64,000 nt of DNA from Gemmatimonadota bacterium (GCA_007120305.1 SKNW01000029.1:1706-65705), one strand, 5' to 3'; shown: positions 43,639-53,647, counted from the first letter of the stretch. Notes: generated by a model not told the origin, from the letters alone. Program-made: numbers and translations.

Positions 43639-44907
43639 TCAGGAGAGCGCCCGGTGGACCTCCCGGGCCGCCCGCTTGCCCGACGACAGGGCACCGTTCA
43701 GCGAAGCGTGGTCCCGGTGGTCGCCGCAGACGAAGAGGCCGTTGTCGAGGCGCACGGGGCGGCGGGGCGACGTCATGAGGGCCGGGGTCTGGAGGGGCTG
43801 GGCGTGGGCGATACGGTACTGCCGGATGGCTTTCCACCCTGATACCTGGTCGCCGTACCACCCCGTGAGCTGGCGCCGGACGTCCTGCTCCAGCTCCAGC
43901 TCGCTGCCGTTCGGCTCCCCCACCACGGTCACCGAGATCAGGGCCCGGCCGGAAGGGGCATAGCCCCTGGCCACGTCGGAGAGAACGGCCAGGTTGTTCA
44001 CGGGACCATCCGAGGGGCCGTTGCCGTTCAGGACGAGAATTTCCTCGTTCACCGGGGATTCGGGGGCGTCGAAGTACAGGCAGGTGACGCTCCGGGAGCC
44101 GGGGTCGGCCACGCGGTCTCCCAGCAGCCGGGCGGCTTCGGGCCCCTCCACGGCCACCACCACGGCCTCGGCCTCCAGGCTTCCTCCTCCTTCGAACTCC
44201 ACCCGGGAAGCCGTGACCTTCCGGACCGGGTGATCGAGCTGGAGGGTGCCTTCGGGGAGGCGGCCTGCCAGCTGGCGCGGAAGGGCCTCCATTCCGGTGG
44301 CCGGCAGGGAGGAGGTGCCCTCGGCGAACATGCGGAAGTAGTAGCGGAAGAGACGTCCGGAGACGCCCAGTGTCGGATCCAGAAGAACCCCGCCGAAGAA
44401 GGGGCGGAAGAACCGGTCTATCATCCCCTCCGAGAACCCTGCCTCACGAAGTACCTCCTCGGTGGTTCCGGCCGGGGCCTCGAGAAGCCGCTCCGCGTCC
44501 CCGCCCACCACCTCCTGGCGAAGTCGGGCCACGCGGAGCTTGTCGGCGAAGGTCCCCACGGGCGCGGTGATGGACCGAAGGGCGTCAGCCATTTCGAGTC
44601 CCGGGTCGGCCATGCGATGGACCTCGTTCCCGATGCGCACCAGGGCACCGGGGTAGAAGGCCTTGAGGTCCAGCGCCTTCAGGTCCACGCGGCGGCGAAG
44701 CTCGGGGTAGGCCTCCAGGATGACCTGGAACCCCCGATCCAGGAGAAACCCGTCGACGGCGTCGGTGCGGACGCGACCTCCGACCCCGTCCGAGGCTTCG
44801 ACGAGGCGGACATCGCGCCCCAGGGCCACCAGATCCAGTGCGCAGGCCAGCCCGGCCAGCCCCGCGCCCACCACCACCACTTCCGCCCTGTCCTGCGCTT
44901 CGGACAT
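43639..44907 (-). CDS. FAD-dependent oxidoreductase (amine oxidase / phytoene desaturase superfamily)
   Basis: Dinucleotide fold (VVVVGAGLAGLACALDL...VEASDGVGGRV). Probable start at ATG 44907 (MSEAQDR). Confidence 0.7.
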   Translation of the reverse strand: MSEAQDRAEVVVVGAGLAGLACALDLVALGRDVRLVEASDGVGGRVRTDAVDGFLLDRGFQVILEAYPELRRRVDLKALDLKAFYPGALVRIGNEVHRMADPGLEMADALRSITAPVGTFADKLRVARLRQEVVGGDAERLLEAPAGTTEEVLREAGFSEGMIDRFFRPFFGGVLLDPTLGVSGRLFRYYFRMFAEGTSSLPATGMEALPRQLAGRLPEGTLQLDHPVRKVTASRVEFEGGGSLEAEAVVVAVEGPEAARLLGDRVADPGSRSVTCLYFDAPESPVNEEILVLNGNGPSDGPVNNLAVLSDVARGYAPSGRALISVTVVGEPNGSELELEQDVRRQLTGWYGDQVSGWKAIRQYRIAHAQPLQTPALMTSPRRPVRLDNGLFVCGDHRDHASLNGALSSGKRAAREVHRALS

Positions 44908-45019
44908 GATCACTCGTTGGTTGAAGTTCTCACGTTCCATCCTCGATCCTTCCTCCCGTGCGGCCACCGGCCGTCCTTCCCGGACTCCGGGTTCAGCCCT
45001 CGCAGCTCACGCCCTGCGC

Positions 45020-45805
45020 TCAGCCTCCGCGGCTCCGAACCGAGCCCAGTCCTCCGTCCACCCCGATCACCTGTCCCGTGATCCAGTCGTGCGCCGGATC
45101 CAGGAGGAATTCGGCCATGGCCGCCGGATCCTCCGGCGACCCGAGTCGCCCGAGCGCGTGGAGCGAGAGCGAAGCCTTTCGTCCAGCCTCGTTCCCCACG
45201 ATCCGCGCCGCCAGCGGGGTGTCCACCAGGCCGGGAGCCACGGCGTTGAATCGCAGCCTGCGGGGAGCGTAGGTGGCGGCGGCCGATCGGACCAGCCCCT
45301 CCACCCCCCCCTTGGCCGCGGCCACCGCCTCGTGGGCGGCGAGGCCCATCCGGACCGCTGCCGTGGAGAAGAGGACGGTGGAGCCGCCGTCGTCCAGGTG
45401 GCGACCGGCGGCCCGGACCACCGAGAAGGCCGTCACCAGGTTCTGACGGAGGGTCTCTTCAAGGTCGCTCACCGAGGTCAGGTGCGCCGGACGTAGCAGG
45501 ATCGATCCGGCACAGTTGACCACGCCGGCAAGCCGTCCATCCTCCTCCGAAGCAAGGTCGCGCACCAGCGTGTCCACCGCGTCAAACTCCGCCGCATCGG
45601 CCAGAACACGGAATTCCACCCCCTCCATGGGCTCCAGACGTCCCAGGCGCTCGGCGTCGCGTCCCGTGGCCACCACCCGGGCGCCGCGGGCTCCCAGGCG
45701 ACGGGAAAGTGCTCGGCCGATCCCCGAGGACCCTCCTACCACGAGGTAGGTCAGGCCGGTCAGCGAGGAGGCTGGAATAGTGTCGCGGGGCGGGGAAGCC
45801 GTCAT
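45020..45805 (-). CDS. Short-chain dehydrogenase/reductase (SDR)
   Basis: Contains VVGGSSGIGRAL (TGxxxGxG-type motif); 261 aa. Confidence 0.8.
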   Translation of the reverse strand: MTASPPRDTIPASSLTGLTYLVVGGSSGIGRALSRRLGARGARVVATGRDAERLGRLEPMEGVEFRVLADAAEFDAVDTLVRDLASEEDGRLAGVVNCAGSILLRPAHLTSVSDLEETLRQNLVTAFSVVRAAGRHLDDGGSTVLFSTAAVRMGLAAHEAVAAAKGGVEGLVRSAAATYAPRRLRFNAVAPGLVDTPLAARIVGNEAGRKASLSLHALGRLGSPEDPAAMAEFLLDPAHDWITGQVIGVDGGLGSVRSRGG

Positions 45806-45888
45806 GAGGGGCGCGGGAGAGGAAGGGGGGATGGATAGGGAGTCGGTACGGACGTCGATGCAAAGGGGGGGGCAGAGCGATTCGGGAC

Positions 45889-45945
45889 GGATCAGGGCGG
45901 ATCAGGGCGGATCAGGGACCCGCCTCGGGGTTTCCGGAAACCCCG
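45889..45945. repeat. Three 10-bp tandem units (GGATCAGGGC) followed by a perfect 20-bp palindrome, CGGGGTTTCCGGAAACCCCG
   Basis: Tandem units at 45889-45918; palindrome at 45926-45945. The whole element lies about 90 nt downstream of the photolyase-like gene stop. Confidence 0.85.
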
Positions 45946-46032
45946 CACCTGCCCAGGGGATCCCTTTCCCAGCCCTCCGTCCGGCCCCGCGCCGCGCTGC
46001 CGACCCACGCCCCAAGTTCCCCCGCTGTCCGG

Positions 46033-47784
46033 TCATGCCTCCTCCCGCGCTGCCCGGACCCGGTCGGCCGTTACCGGCTCTCCGGCGGCCAGGGCCGCCT
46101 GCACCTCCCGGGCAACCCGGGCATCCGCGGACCGCCGTGCCTCGCTCCTCCGGGCGGCGGAGGCCAGGGGGAGGGCCATCCGCCGATTTCCCTTCAGTCG
46201 CTCCCGGTGACGCGCCAGGAAGGCCCAGTAGAGCTCCGACACCGGACAGGTCCGGTCGGGGTCCAGGGCGCACCCGTCGCAGTAGTCGCTCATTTTCCGG
46301 ATGTAGGGGGTCCCCGAAACGTAGGGTTTGGTGGTCATGAGCTCGCCCACCGCGAAGGTGCCCATCCCCAGGACGTTGGGTTCCACCACCCAGTCGTAGG
46401 CGTCGATGTAGCCTGCCCAGAACCAGTCGGTGAGTTCCCGGGGATCCACGTCCAGCAGGGTCCCCAGGTTGGAGAGGATCATGAGCCGGGTGATGTGATG
46501 GCTGTATCCCTCCTCCCAGACGCTCTCCACCACCTGGTCCAGGCAGTTCAGCCCCGATGGTGCCCCGCCCCAGAAGGTGGGGGGGAGGGGATGTCTAGCG
46601 CCGAGAAAGGACGGGGCGGCGTGGCCGTTCCGCTGGGGAACGCCCCCATCCGGATCCCGGCCATCCGGATCCCGGTCGTCCGGATTCCCTCCGTCTGCAC
46701 CCGGCCCGTCCGGGGCTCCCTCGCCCGGACCGGGGTCAGCCCCCCGGGCAGCCTCTCCCGAGAGGTCCCGGAGGCCGTCGGTGGCCCGGTGCACGTGGCG
46801 CACGAACTCCCGCCACCCAAGGATCTGCCGAACGAAGCCCTCCTTCCCGGCCAGGGGCACTTCCAGGGCCAGCGCGTCCTTCAGAACCCGGGCCGGCGTC
46901 AGGCGATGAAGGTTCACCACCCCCGAGATCCGGGTATGAAACAGGGTTCGGGAGACCGTGGACATGGCGTCCTCGTGCGGCCCGAAGTGAGGAAGGCACG
47001 CTTCCCGGGCCCAGGCCCAGAGGGCTTCCGCATCGGCCAGGGTGGAAGGGAGGGCCTCCGGAACCAGCTTCCCCGGGTGATCCGGGAACACCTGGGCCAC
47101 GAGGTCCAGAACCTCCGCCGTGACCGGGTCCGCCCTGAAGGTCGGCGGGACGGCGGCGGGCGGGTCGCCGGCCCACGGTTCCCGGTTCTCGGCATCAAAG
47201 GAAAACTTGCCGCCCACGGGGCTTCCCTCCGCCATGAGCACCCCGGTTCGACGGCGCACGCGCCGGTAGAAGGCGTCCATCCGCCAGGGGGGACGGCGCC
47301 CGGCCCCTTCCTCGAAGTCCTCCACGGTGGTGAGCCAGCCCTCGTGGGGAAGGACGTCGAGGACGCCTTCCCGGACCAGGGGGGCCAGGTCCTCCCGGAG
47401 CTCCCGTTCCGCAGGCTCCATGACCCGGAGGGGTGCGCCCGAAGCGCCCCGTCGAAACTCGGGCGGGGGCTCTGCCAGGAAGATGCGAAGGGCCTCGGCG
47501 TAGTCCCCCGGGCTCACCACGTGGCGGACGGCCACACCCCGGGATGCCTGTTCCAGTGCAAAGTGGCGGAGGTTGGCCAGGACCAGCGCCAGCTTCTGGC
47601 GGTGGTAGGGCCGCTCACGGCCCTTGGCCGGGGACTCCACCACCACGATCCCCACGTCGTCCGGGGCCTCGCGGGCAAGGGGGCCCAGCTGGTCGGTGAG
47701 CTGATCATAGGGGACGAAGATCCAGCGCCGTCCGGCCGGGTCGACGGCGCGGGCCTGGAGCTCGGTGCGGAAGGGCGAGGGCAT
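46033..47784 (-). CDS. Fe-S bacterial cryptochrome/photolyase family protein (CryB / (6-4) photolyase-like, COG3046 type)
   Basis: N-terminus RWIFVPYDQLT...RPYHRQKLALVLANLRHFA. C-terminal Cys cluster (YCDGCALDPDRTCPV) consistent with a 4Fe-4S site. Contains an Asp/Pro/Gly-rich insertion built from 15-bp repeats. Confidence 0.75.
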   Translation of the reverse strand: MPSPFRTELQARAVDPAGRRWIFVPYDQLTDQLGPLAREAPDDVGIVVVESPAKGRERPYHRQKLALVLANLRHFALEQASRGVAVRHVVSPGDYAEALRIFLAEPPPEFRRGASGAPLRVMEPAERELREDLAPLVREGVLDVLPHEGWLTTVEDFEEGAGRRPPWRMDAFYRRVRRRTGVLMAEGSPVGGKFSFDAENREPWAGDPPAAVPPTFRADPVTAEVLDLVAQVFPDHPGKLVPEALPSTLADAEALWAWAREACLPHFGPHEDAMSTVSRTLFHTRISGVVNLHRLTPARVLKDALALEVPLAGKEGFVRQILGWREFVRHVHRATDGLRDLSGEAARGADPGPGEGAPDGPGADGGNPDDRDPDGRDPDGGVPQRNGHAAPSFLGARHPLPPTFWGGAPSGLNCLDQVVESVWEEGYSHHITRLMILSNLGTLLDVDPRELTDWFWAGYIDAYDWVVEPNVLGMGTFAVGELMTTKPYVSGTPYIRKMSDYCDGCALDPDRTCPVSELYWAFLARHRERLKGNRRMALPLASAARRSEARRSADARVAREVQAALAAGEPVTADRVRAAREEA

Positions 47785-47913
47785 GGCGGGTCCAGGTGAA
47801 CGAACGCCGGTCGCAGAACGAAGGCGGCAGGCAGAATGCAGGCGGCAGAACGGTAGGCGCCCCGTTACCCGTCGGTCGGTCCGGGGTTCAGTCCGGCGCC
47901 TCCACCGTCCTTC

Positions 47914-47966
47914 GCTTCTACCGGGGCTTCTACCGGGGCTTCCACCGGGGCTTCCACCGGGGCTTC
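47914..47966. repeat. 12-bp tandem repeat, about 4.4 copies (GCTTCTACCGGG / GCTTCCACCGGG)
   Basis: Read directly from the sequence. Lies between the cryB-like start (47784) and the ATG 48006 of the kinase. Confidence 0.9.
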
Positions 47967-48005
47967 GCGGTGGCCGTCGGGCCGCGTCGGCGGTACGTTC
48001 GGGGC

Positions 48006-51000
48006 ATGACGCCGGTGCCTCCTTCGATCCGCGGTCGACTCCTCGCCCTGGGGCTCATGTCCCTGGTCGGGGGCGTCGCCTTCATTGGACTCCAGGTCGG
48101 CCTGGAGTACCGCGAGCGGGCGGACGATGTCCGCGCCGCCGTGACCGCGCTCGCCAGCGGAGTGGGGACGGAAGCGGGCCGGGTCCTCCGCGAGGCCGAG
48201 AACGTGGCCTACCGGGTGTCAGCGCATCCCACCGTGCTGAGCCGGGATGCGGAGGCGTGCGCCGCATGGCTTCGCGAGCTCGCCGGATTCCTCCCGAACG
48301 TGGCATCCCTCCGCATCGAAACCGATGACGGGGCCTTCCGCTGTGCGGCCGGGGATGCGGTGGGCCCGCCCGAAACCGCGCCCGGAGCCGCGCCCGAAAC
48401 CGCGCCCGGAGCCGCGCCCGAAACCGCGCCCGGAACCGCGCCCGGGCTCTCCGGGAACGCAGCGGGCCAGGCCGGTTCCCCCGGACGGCTCTCCCGGCGC
48501 GAAGGGCCGGGGGTGGACGTGCCCGTCCGATGGGAGCGGCCGGCAGGAGGATCCGAGTGGGCCGTTCCGGTCCGCCTGGAAATCCCCGGCGGCCAGGTGG
48601 AGATCCTGCTCCGAACCCGAACCCTGGACGCCCTCCTCGCCTCCACCATCACGGGCGCCGGACAGGTCCTGGTGCTTCTGGATTCCACGGGGATCGACGT
48701 GGCGCGCTCCGCCGACCCCGAGAGCTGGGCAGGACGCAACGTCTGGGCGGCCGGGGCCACCCGACCCCCCGAAGGCGAGTCCGGTGTCTTCCGCGGTCAG
48801 GGGGCCGACGGGGTCGATCGAATCTGGGGCTACGCGTGGATTCCGGAGACTCCGTGGATCATCATGGCGGGCGAGCCGTCGGACGCGGTATGGGGACCTG
48901 TCCGGGCGATGGCGGCCCGGCAGGGACTCCTGACCCTGGGGCTGCTCGCGCTTTTCGGTGTCCTCCTGCTGGGGGCCGGTCAAGTCCTGGCCCGGTCCCT
49001 GGGCCAGCTGACGTCGGAGGCCGCCGAGGCGCGCCTTCACCCCGGAAGCCGCGTCATGGAGGAGGGTCCCCTTGAGGTGGTGGCCATGGCCCGCGCGCTG
49101 AACCAGACGCTGGAGGCCCGGGACGAGGCCCGGGTGGAGCTGGCCGGAACTCTGGAGCGGCACGAACTCGTTCTCCGGGCTTCGCGGGACATGATCTGGG
49201 ACTGGGACATGGTCCGCGGCGAGCTCCACGCGAACAATGCCCTCCTGAGCTTTCTCGGGGGGGATGTGGAAGCTCTCACGAGCCCCTACCGGTGGTTCGA
49301 GCGCATTCCGGAACCGGATCGCTCCCGGGTCCGGGAAAGCCTGGAACAGGCGCTCGCCCGGGGGAGCTCCCTCTGGGTCCAGGAATACCCCATGGCCGAT
49401 GCGCGGGGTGGACGGGCCCAGATCCTGGACCGGGGGTACGTGGTTCGGGCGGAGGATGGGCGCCCCGTGCGCGTCGTGGGGGTCATGTCGGACGTCACCG
49501 AGGCCCGGCGTCGCTCCGACGAGGTGCAGCGCTCCAAGGAGCGGTACGAGTCCATCGTGCGGAATGCCCCCTTCGCCGTGTTCCTCTGCTCCGAGGACGG
49601 ACGACTCCTGGAATCGAACCCCGCCCTTCTGGCCATTCTGGGGGCCGAGGAATCCGCATCTCCGTCCCTCGAGAGCATCCCGGAGGTGTTCGTGGACCCG
49701 GGCCATTTCCAGTCCCTGGAAAAGGAGGCCCGGGAGAAGGGCGTCGTCATTGGCCGGGAGGCCCTCTGGAGGCGGGTGGACGGCAACGAGATCTTCGTGC
49801 GCCTCACTCTCACCACCTTCGAGGAAAAGGGTGCTCCCCGGCTCGAGGGCCTGGTGGAGGACATCACCGACCGGCGTCGCCTGGGGGAGCAGCTCCGCCA
49901 CGCCCAGAAGATGGAAGCCGTCGGGCGACTCGCCGGTGGCGTAGCCCACGACTTCAACAACCTTCTGACCGTGATCACGGGAGAATCCCGCATTCTCCTG
50001 GGGTCGGAGGGCCTGAACCCCGACGGCAGGGAGAGTGTGGAGGCCATCCAGGAGGCCGGAGAGCGGGGGTCGGCGCTGACCCGGCAGCTTCTGGCATTCT
50101 CCCGCCGGCAGGTGCTGGACCTGGTTCCCCTCGATGTGAACGACGTGATGACCCGGGTGGAGCGGATGCTCTCCCGGCTCCTGGGGGAGGTGGTGACCCT
50201 GCGGCTGGAACCCGCCCCTGCCCTTCCCCCCGTGGTGGCGGACGCCGGGGAACTGGAGCAGGTCATCCTGAACCTCGCCGTGAATGCCCGGGATGCCATG
50301 CCCGACGGGGGGGAGGTCGTGCTCCGGACCGGCCACCGGATCCTGACCGAGGCGGAACTCGACCAGCATCCGGGGCTCCAGGCCGGCCCCTACGTGACGC
50401 TCTCGGTGTCCGATACGGGGTCGGGGATCGACCACGCCATCGTCTCCAGGATCTTCGAACCCTTCTTCACCACGAAGGCCGTGGGGAAGGGAACGGGGCT
50501 GGGGCTCTCCATGGTCTACGGAATCATTTCCCGCCTGGGCGGGAAGGTGGAGGTGGAGACCGAACCAGGCGAGGGGACCACCTTCCGCCTCTTCCTGCCC
50601 GTGGCCCGGGAGGGAGCGGCCGCTCCGGCCCCACGCCCACTCTCCTCCCCCCGAGCCCTGGGGGGGGACGGCCGGATCGTGGTGGTGGAGGACGAGGCCA
50701 CGGTTCGGCGGATGGCGCTGAGGATCCTGGAGCGGGCCGGCTACGACGTGGTGACCTTCGGGCATCCCGAAGAGGCCCTGAAGGCCTTTGGGGAGGCCGA
50801 CTGGGAGGTGCACCTCCTCCTCACGGACGTGCGGATGCCCGGGATGCACGGGAGCGACCTGGCCGACCGGGTGCACGAAGCCAGACCCCGTCTCCCGGTG
50901 ATCTACATGTCGGGGTACCCTGAGGAAGCGGCCATCGCCGAGCGGATCCTGAGCCCGAACGCGGCCTTCCTGGCCAAGCCCTTCACGCCGGAGGCCCTGC

Positions 51001-51083
51001 TCAACGCCATCCGGCGCATGCTGAACATCAACTCCACGGCCTCCCCGGGGAGTCCCACGGATCGAGCCTCCCGGACCCGGTAA
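48006..51083 (+). CDS. Hybrid sensor histidine kinase (periplasmic sensor, PAS domains, HisKA/HATPase, C-terminal receiver)
   Basis: H-box (VAHDFNNLLTVITG), G-box (GTGLGLSMVYG) and receiver (VVVEDEATVRRM...LLLTDVRMPGMHG). A GTG at 47796 is an alternative upstream start. Confidence 0.85.
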   Translation: MTPVPPSIRGRLLALGLMSLVGGVAFIGLQVGLEYRERADDVRAAVTALASGVGTEAGRVLREAENVAYRVSAHPTVLSRDAEACAAWLRELAGFLPNVASLRIETDDGAFRCAAGDAVGPPETAPGAAPETAPGAAPETAPGTAPGLSGNAAGQAGSPGRLSRREGPGVDVPVRWERPAGGSEWAVPVRLEIPGGQVEILLRTRTLDALLASTITGAGQVLVLLDSTGIDVARSADPESWAGRNVWAAGATRPPEGESGVFRGQGADGVDRIWGYAWIPETPWIIMAGEPSDAVWGPVRAMAARQGLLTLGLLALFGVLLLGAGQVLARSLGQLTSEAAEARLHPGSRVMEEGPLEVVAMARALNQTLEARDEARVELAGTLERHELVLRASRDMIWDWDMVRGELHANNALLSFLGGDVEALTSPYRWFERIPEPDRSRVRESLEQALARGSSLWVQEYPMADARGGRAQILDRGYVVRAEDGRPVRVVGVMSDVTEARRRSDEVQRSKERYESIVRNAPFAVFLCSEDGRLLESNPALLAILGAEESASPSLESIPEVFVDPGHFQSLEKEAREKGVVIGREALWRRVDGNEIFVRLTLTTFEEKGAPRLEGLVEDITDRRRLGEQLRHAQKMEAVGRLAGGVAHDFNNLLTVITGESRILLGSEGLNPDGRESVEAIQEAGERGSALTRQLLAFSRRQVLDLVPLDVNDVMTRVERMLSRLLGEVVTLRLEPAPALPPVVADAGELEQVILNLAVNARDAMPDGGEVVLRTGHRILTEAELDQHPGLQAGPYVTLSVSDTGSGIDHAIVSRIFEPFFTTKAVGKGTGLGLSMVYGIISRLGGKVEVETEPGEGTTFRLFLPVAREGAAAPAPRPLSSPRALGGDGRIVVVEDEATVRRMALRILERAGYDVVTFGHPEEALKAFGEADWEVHLLLTDVRMPGMHGSDLADRVHEARPRLPVIYMSGYPEEAAIAERILSPNAAFLAKPFTPEALLNAIRRMLNINSTASPGSPTDRASRTR

Positions 51084-51274
51084 CCGGGGCCAGCCTCTCC
51101 CGGTTGCATGCCAGCGCGGAGGAGGTTGCCCCGGCCCATGTGCCGCGCCAGCTTCAGGGGGAATCCGGGGCCGTCGAATCGACCTCGACGGCCTCGGACC
51201 TCCCGACCGCATCGGACCTCTCCACCGGAGCGAACTCCTCGCTCCTTTCGCCCACCCCGTCTTCCCCGTCGCCC

Positions 51275-53647
51275 ATGCCTCCCCGTCCGCGCCTTGCCCT
51301 GGTGGCCACCCTTCCCGCGCTCGCATTTTTCGCGGGTGCGCTCCCCTTCGCCCCTCTGGGTCCCACGTGGGCGGCGGCACAGTCCGGTCCGGATCCCCTC
51401 ACGGCGGCGGATTACCAGCGGGCCGAGGCCTTCATGGCTCAGAACCTGGCCACCCGGTTGTACCGGGCCGACGTGAGCCCCACCTGGACCGGCGAGGACC
51501 GGTTCTGGTACCGGACCCGGATTGCCGGGGGGTTCGAGTTCGTGGCGGTGGATGCAGCGCGGGGAACCCGGGCTCGGGCCTTCGATCACGAGGCCGTCTC
51601 CGCGGCCCTCTCGAGGGCCACCGGGGGAAGCTTCGAGGCCCTTCGCCTCCCCTTCACCTCCTTCACGTGGGCCGACGGGGGTTCGGCCATCGACGTCCAG
51701 GTCCAGGGCGGCCACTGGCGGTGCGACATCGACGGAACCCGGTGCACGGTCCAGGATCGCCCGCAGGCGGGCCCGTCGGGGATCACCTCGCCCGATGGCC
51801 GCTTCGTGGCCTTTCGGCGTGACCACAACCTGTGGATCCACGACCGGGACACGGGCGAGGAGCGGGCCCTTACCACCGACGGGGTGGACCGCCACGGGTA
51901 TGCCACGAACTCCCAGGGGTGGAGCCGGAGCAACCAGCCCATCCTCCTCTGGTCGCCCGACTCCCGGATGATCGCCACCTTCCGGCTCGACGAGCGGGGC
52001 GTGGAGGAGATGCACCTCCTGCGTACGGCCGAGCCCCGTCCCGAACTCGAGTCATGGCCCTATGCGCTCCCCTCCGACTCCATCGTCCCCATGGTGGAAC
52101 GGGTGGTCATTCACATCCAGGACGCCGCCGGTGCTCCGACCGCACGGGTCGTTCCCCTCGCCACGCCGCCGGACCATCAGCGCAGTTCTTCCTGCTGCGG
52201 GATGACCCGGGGCCAGGTGTGGGCTGACGTGGAATGGAGCCCTGATGGGGGAATGCTGGCCTTCGTCTCCGTGTCGCGGGACTACCGCACGGCCACCTTC
52301 CGGGTGGCCGATCCCGCGTCGGGTCAGGTCCGGACCGTGCTCTCCGAGTCCCATCCGAAGTTCTTCGAATCCCATGCCGGAGAACGCGGTCTCCCCAACT
52401 GGCGCCTCCTGGCCGAAACCGGGGAGTTCCTCTGGTTCTCGCAGCGGGATGGATGGGGGCATCTCTTCCTCTACGACCTGGCTTCCGGAGAGATGAAGGG
52501 CCGGGTGACCGGAGGGGACTGGAACGTCCTGGATGTGCAGCGGGTGGACGCAGGCGAGCGGACGATCCTCTTCACAGGGGTGGGACGGGAAGGCGGGCGG
52601 GATCCCTACCTGGCGCACCTCTACCGTGTCCGCTTCGACGGGTCGGGGCTCACCCTGCTGACCCCCGAGGAGGCGAACCACGAGATTTCCCTTTCCCCGT
52701 CGGGCGCCTGGTTCGTGGACCGGGCCTCCACCTTCCAGGACCCCCCGGTCACGACCCTGCGTCGCACCCGGGACGGGAGCGTCGTCCGGGTCCTGGAAGA
52801 GGCGGACGCCTCGGAGCTCGAGGCCCTGGGCTGGCGGGCTCCCGAGCCCTTCCGGGCCAAGGCCCGGGACGGTGTCACCGACGTCTACGGGATCCTGATC
52901 CTGCCCTCGACCTTCGACCCCGAGAAGCGCTACCCCATCATCAACGCCATCTATCCCGGTCCCCAGTCGGGGAGCGTGGGGACCCGGTCCTTCTCGGTGA
53001 GTCGCCGGGGGCAGGCCCACGCCCTGGCGGAGCTGGGTTTCGTGGTGGTCCTCGTCGATGCCATGGGAACCCCGTTCCGGTCCAAGTCCTTCCACACCGC
53101 CTACTACGGCGACATGGGAGACAACGGGCTTCCGGACCACATTTCGGCCATGCGGGAGCTGGCCACGCGCCACGCGTGGATCGACCTGGACCGGGTCGGG
53201 ATCTTCGGCCACTCCGGAGGCGGCTATGCCACGGCGGCGGCGCTTCTCCGTCACCCCGACTTCTTCCACGTGGGGGTGGCCGGGGCCGGGAACCATGACA
53301 ATGCGGGCTACACCTTCTACTGGGGGGAGAAGTACCACGGCCCCTTCGAACGCTTCGAGGAGGGCGGCCATTCCTACGAGGTGCAGGCCAACCACCTCCA
53401 GGCCGAGAACCTCGCGGGGAAGCTGCTCCTCTCCTACGGCACGATGGACGCCAACGTGCACCCGAACACCACACTTCTCCTCATCGACCGGCTCATCGCC
53501 GCGAACCGGGATTTCGACGTCCTGGTCATGCCCAACCGGGGGCATGGCTACGCCGGCGAAAGCTACGCCGTGCGCCGGACGTGGGACTACTTCGTCCGTC
53601 ACCTCCTCCACCGGGAACCCCCGTCGGGCTACCGGATCGGGGGATGA
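51275..53647 (+). CDS. S9 family peptidase (DPP-IV-like N-domain plus prolyl oligopeptidase catalytic domain)
   Basis: Signal peptide from ATG 51275. Catalytic Ser motif GIFGHSGGGY and C-terminal ...MPNRGHG. Confidence 0.8.
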   Translation: MPPRPRLALVATLPALAFFAGALPFAPLGPTWAAAQSGPDPLTAADYQRAEAFMAQNLATRLYRADVSPTWTGEDRFWYRTRIAGGFEFVAVDAARGTRARAFDHEAVSAALSRATGGSFEALRLPFTSFTWADGGSAIDVQVQGGHWRCDIDGTRCTVQDRPQAGPSGITSPDGRFVAFRRDHNLWIHDRDTGEERALTTDGVDRHGYATNSQGWSRSNQPILLWSPDSRMIATFRLDERGVEEMHLLRTAEPRPELESWPYALPSDSIVPMVERVVIHIQDAAGAPTARVVPLATPPDHQRSSSCCGMTRGQVWADVEWSPDGGMLAFVSVSRDYRTATFRVADPASGQVRTVLSESHPKFFESHAGERGLPNWRLLAETGEFLWFSQRDGWGHLFLYDLASGEMKGRVTGGDWNVLDVQRVDAGERTILFTGVGREGGRDPYLAHLYRVRFDGSGLTLLTPEEANHEISLSPSGAWFVDRASTFQDPPVTTLRRTRDGSVVRVLEEADASELEALGWRAPEPFRAKARDGVTDVYGILILPSTFDPEKRYPIINAIYPGPQSGSVGTRSFSVSRRGQAHALAELGFVVVLVDAMGTPFRSKSFHTAYYGDMGDNGLPDHISAMRELATRHAWIDLDRVGIFGHSGGGYATAAALLRHPDFFHVGVAGAGNHDNAGYTFYWGEKYHGPFERFEEGGHSYEVQANHLQAENLAGKLLLSYGTMDANVHPNTTLLLIDRLIAANRDFDVLVMPNRGHGYAGESYAVRRTWDYFVRHLLHREPPSGYRIGG

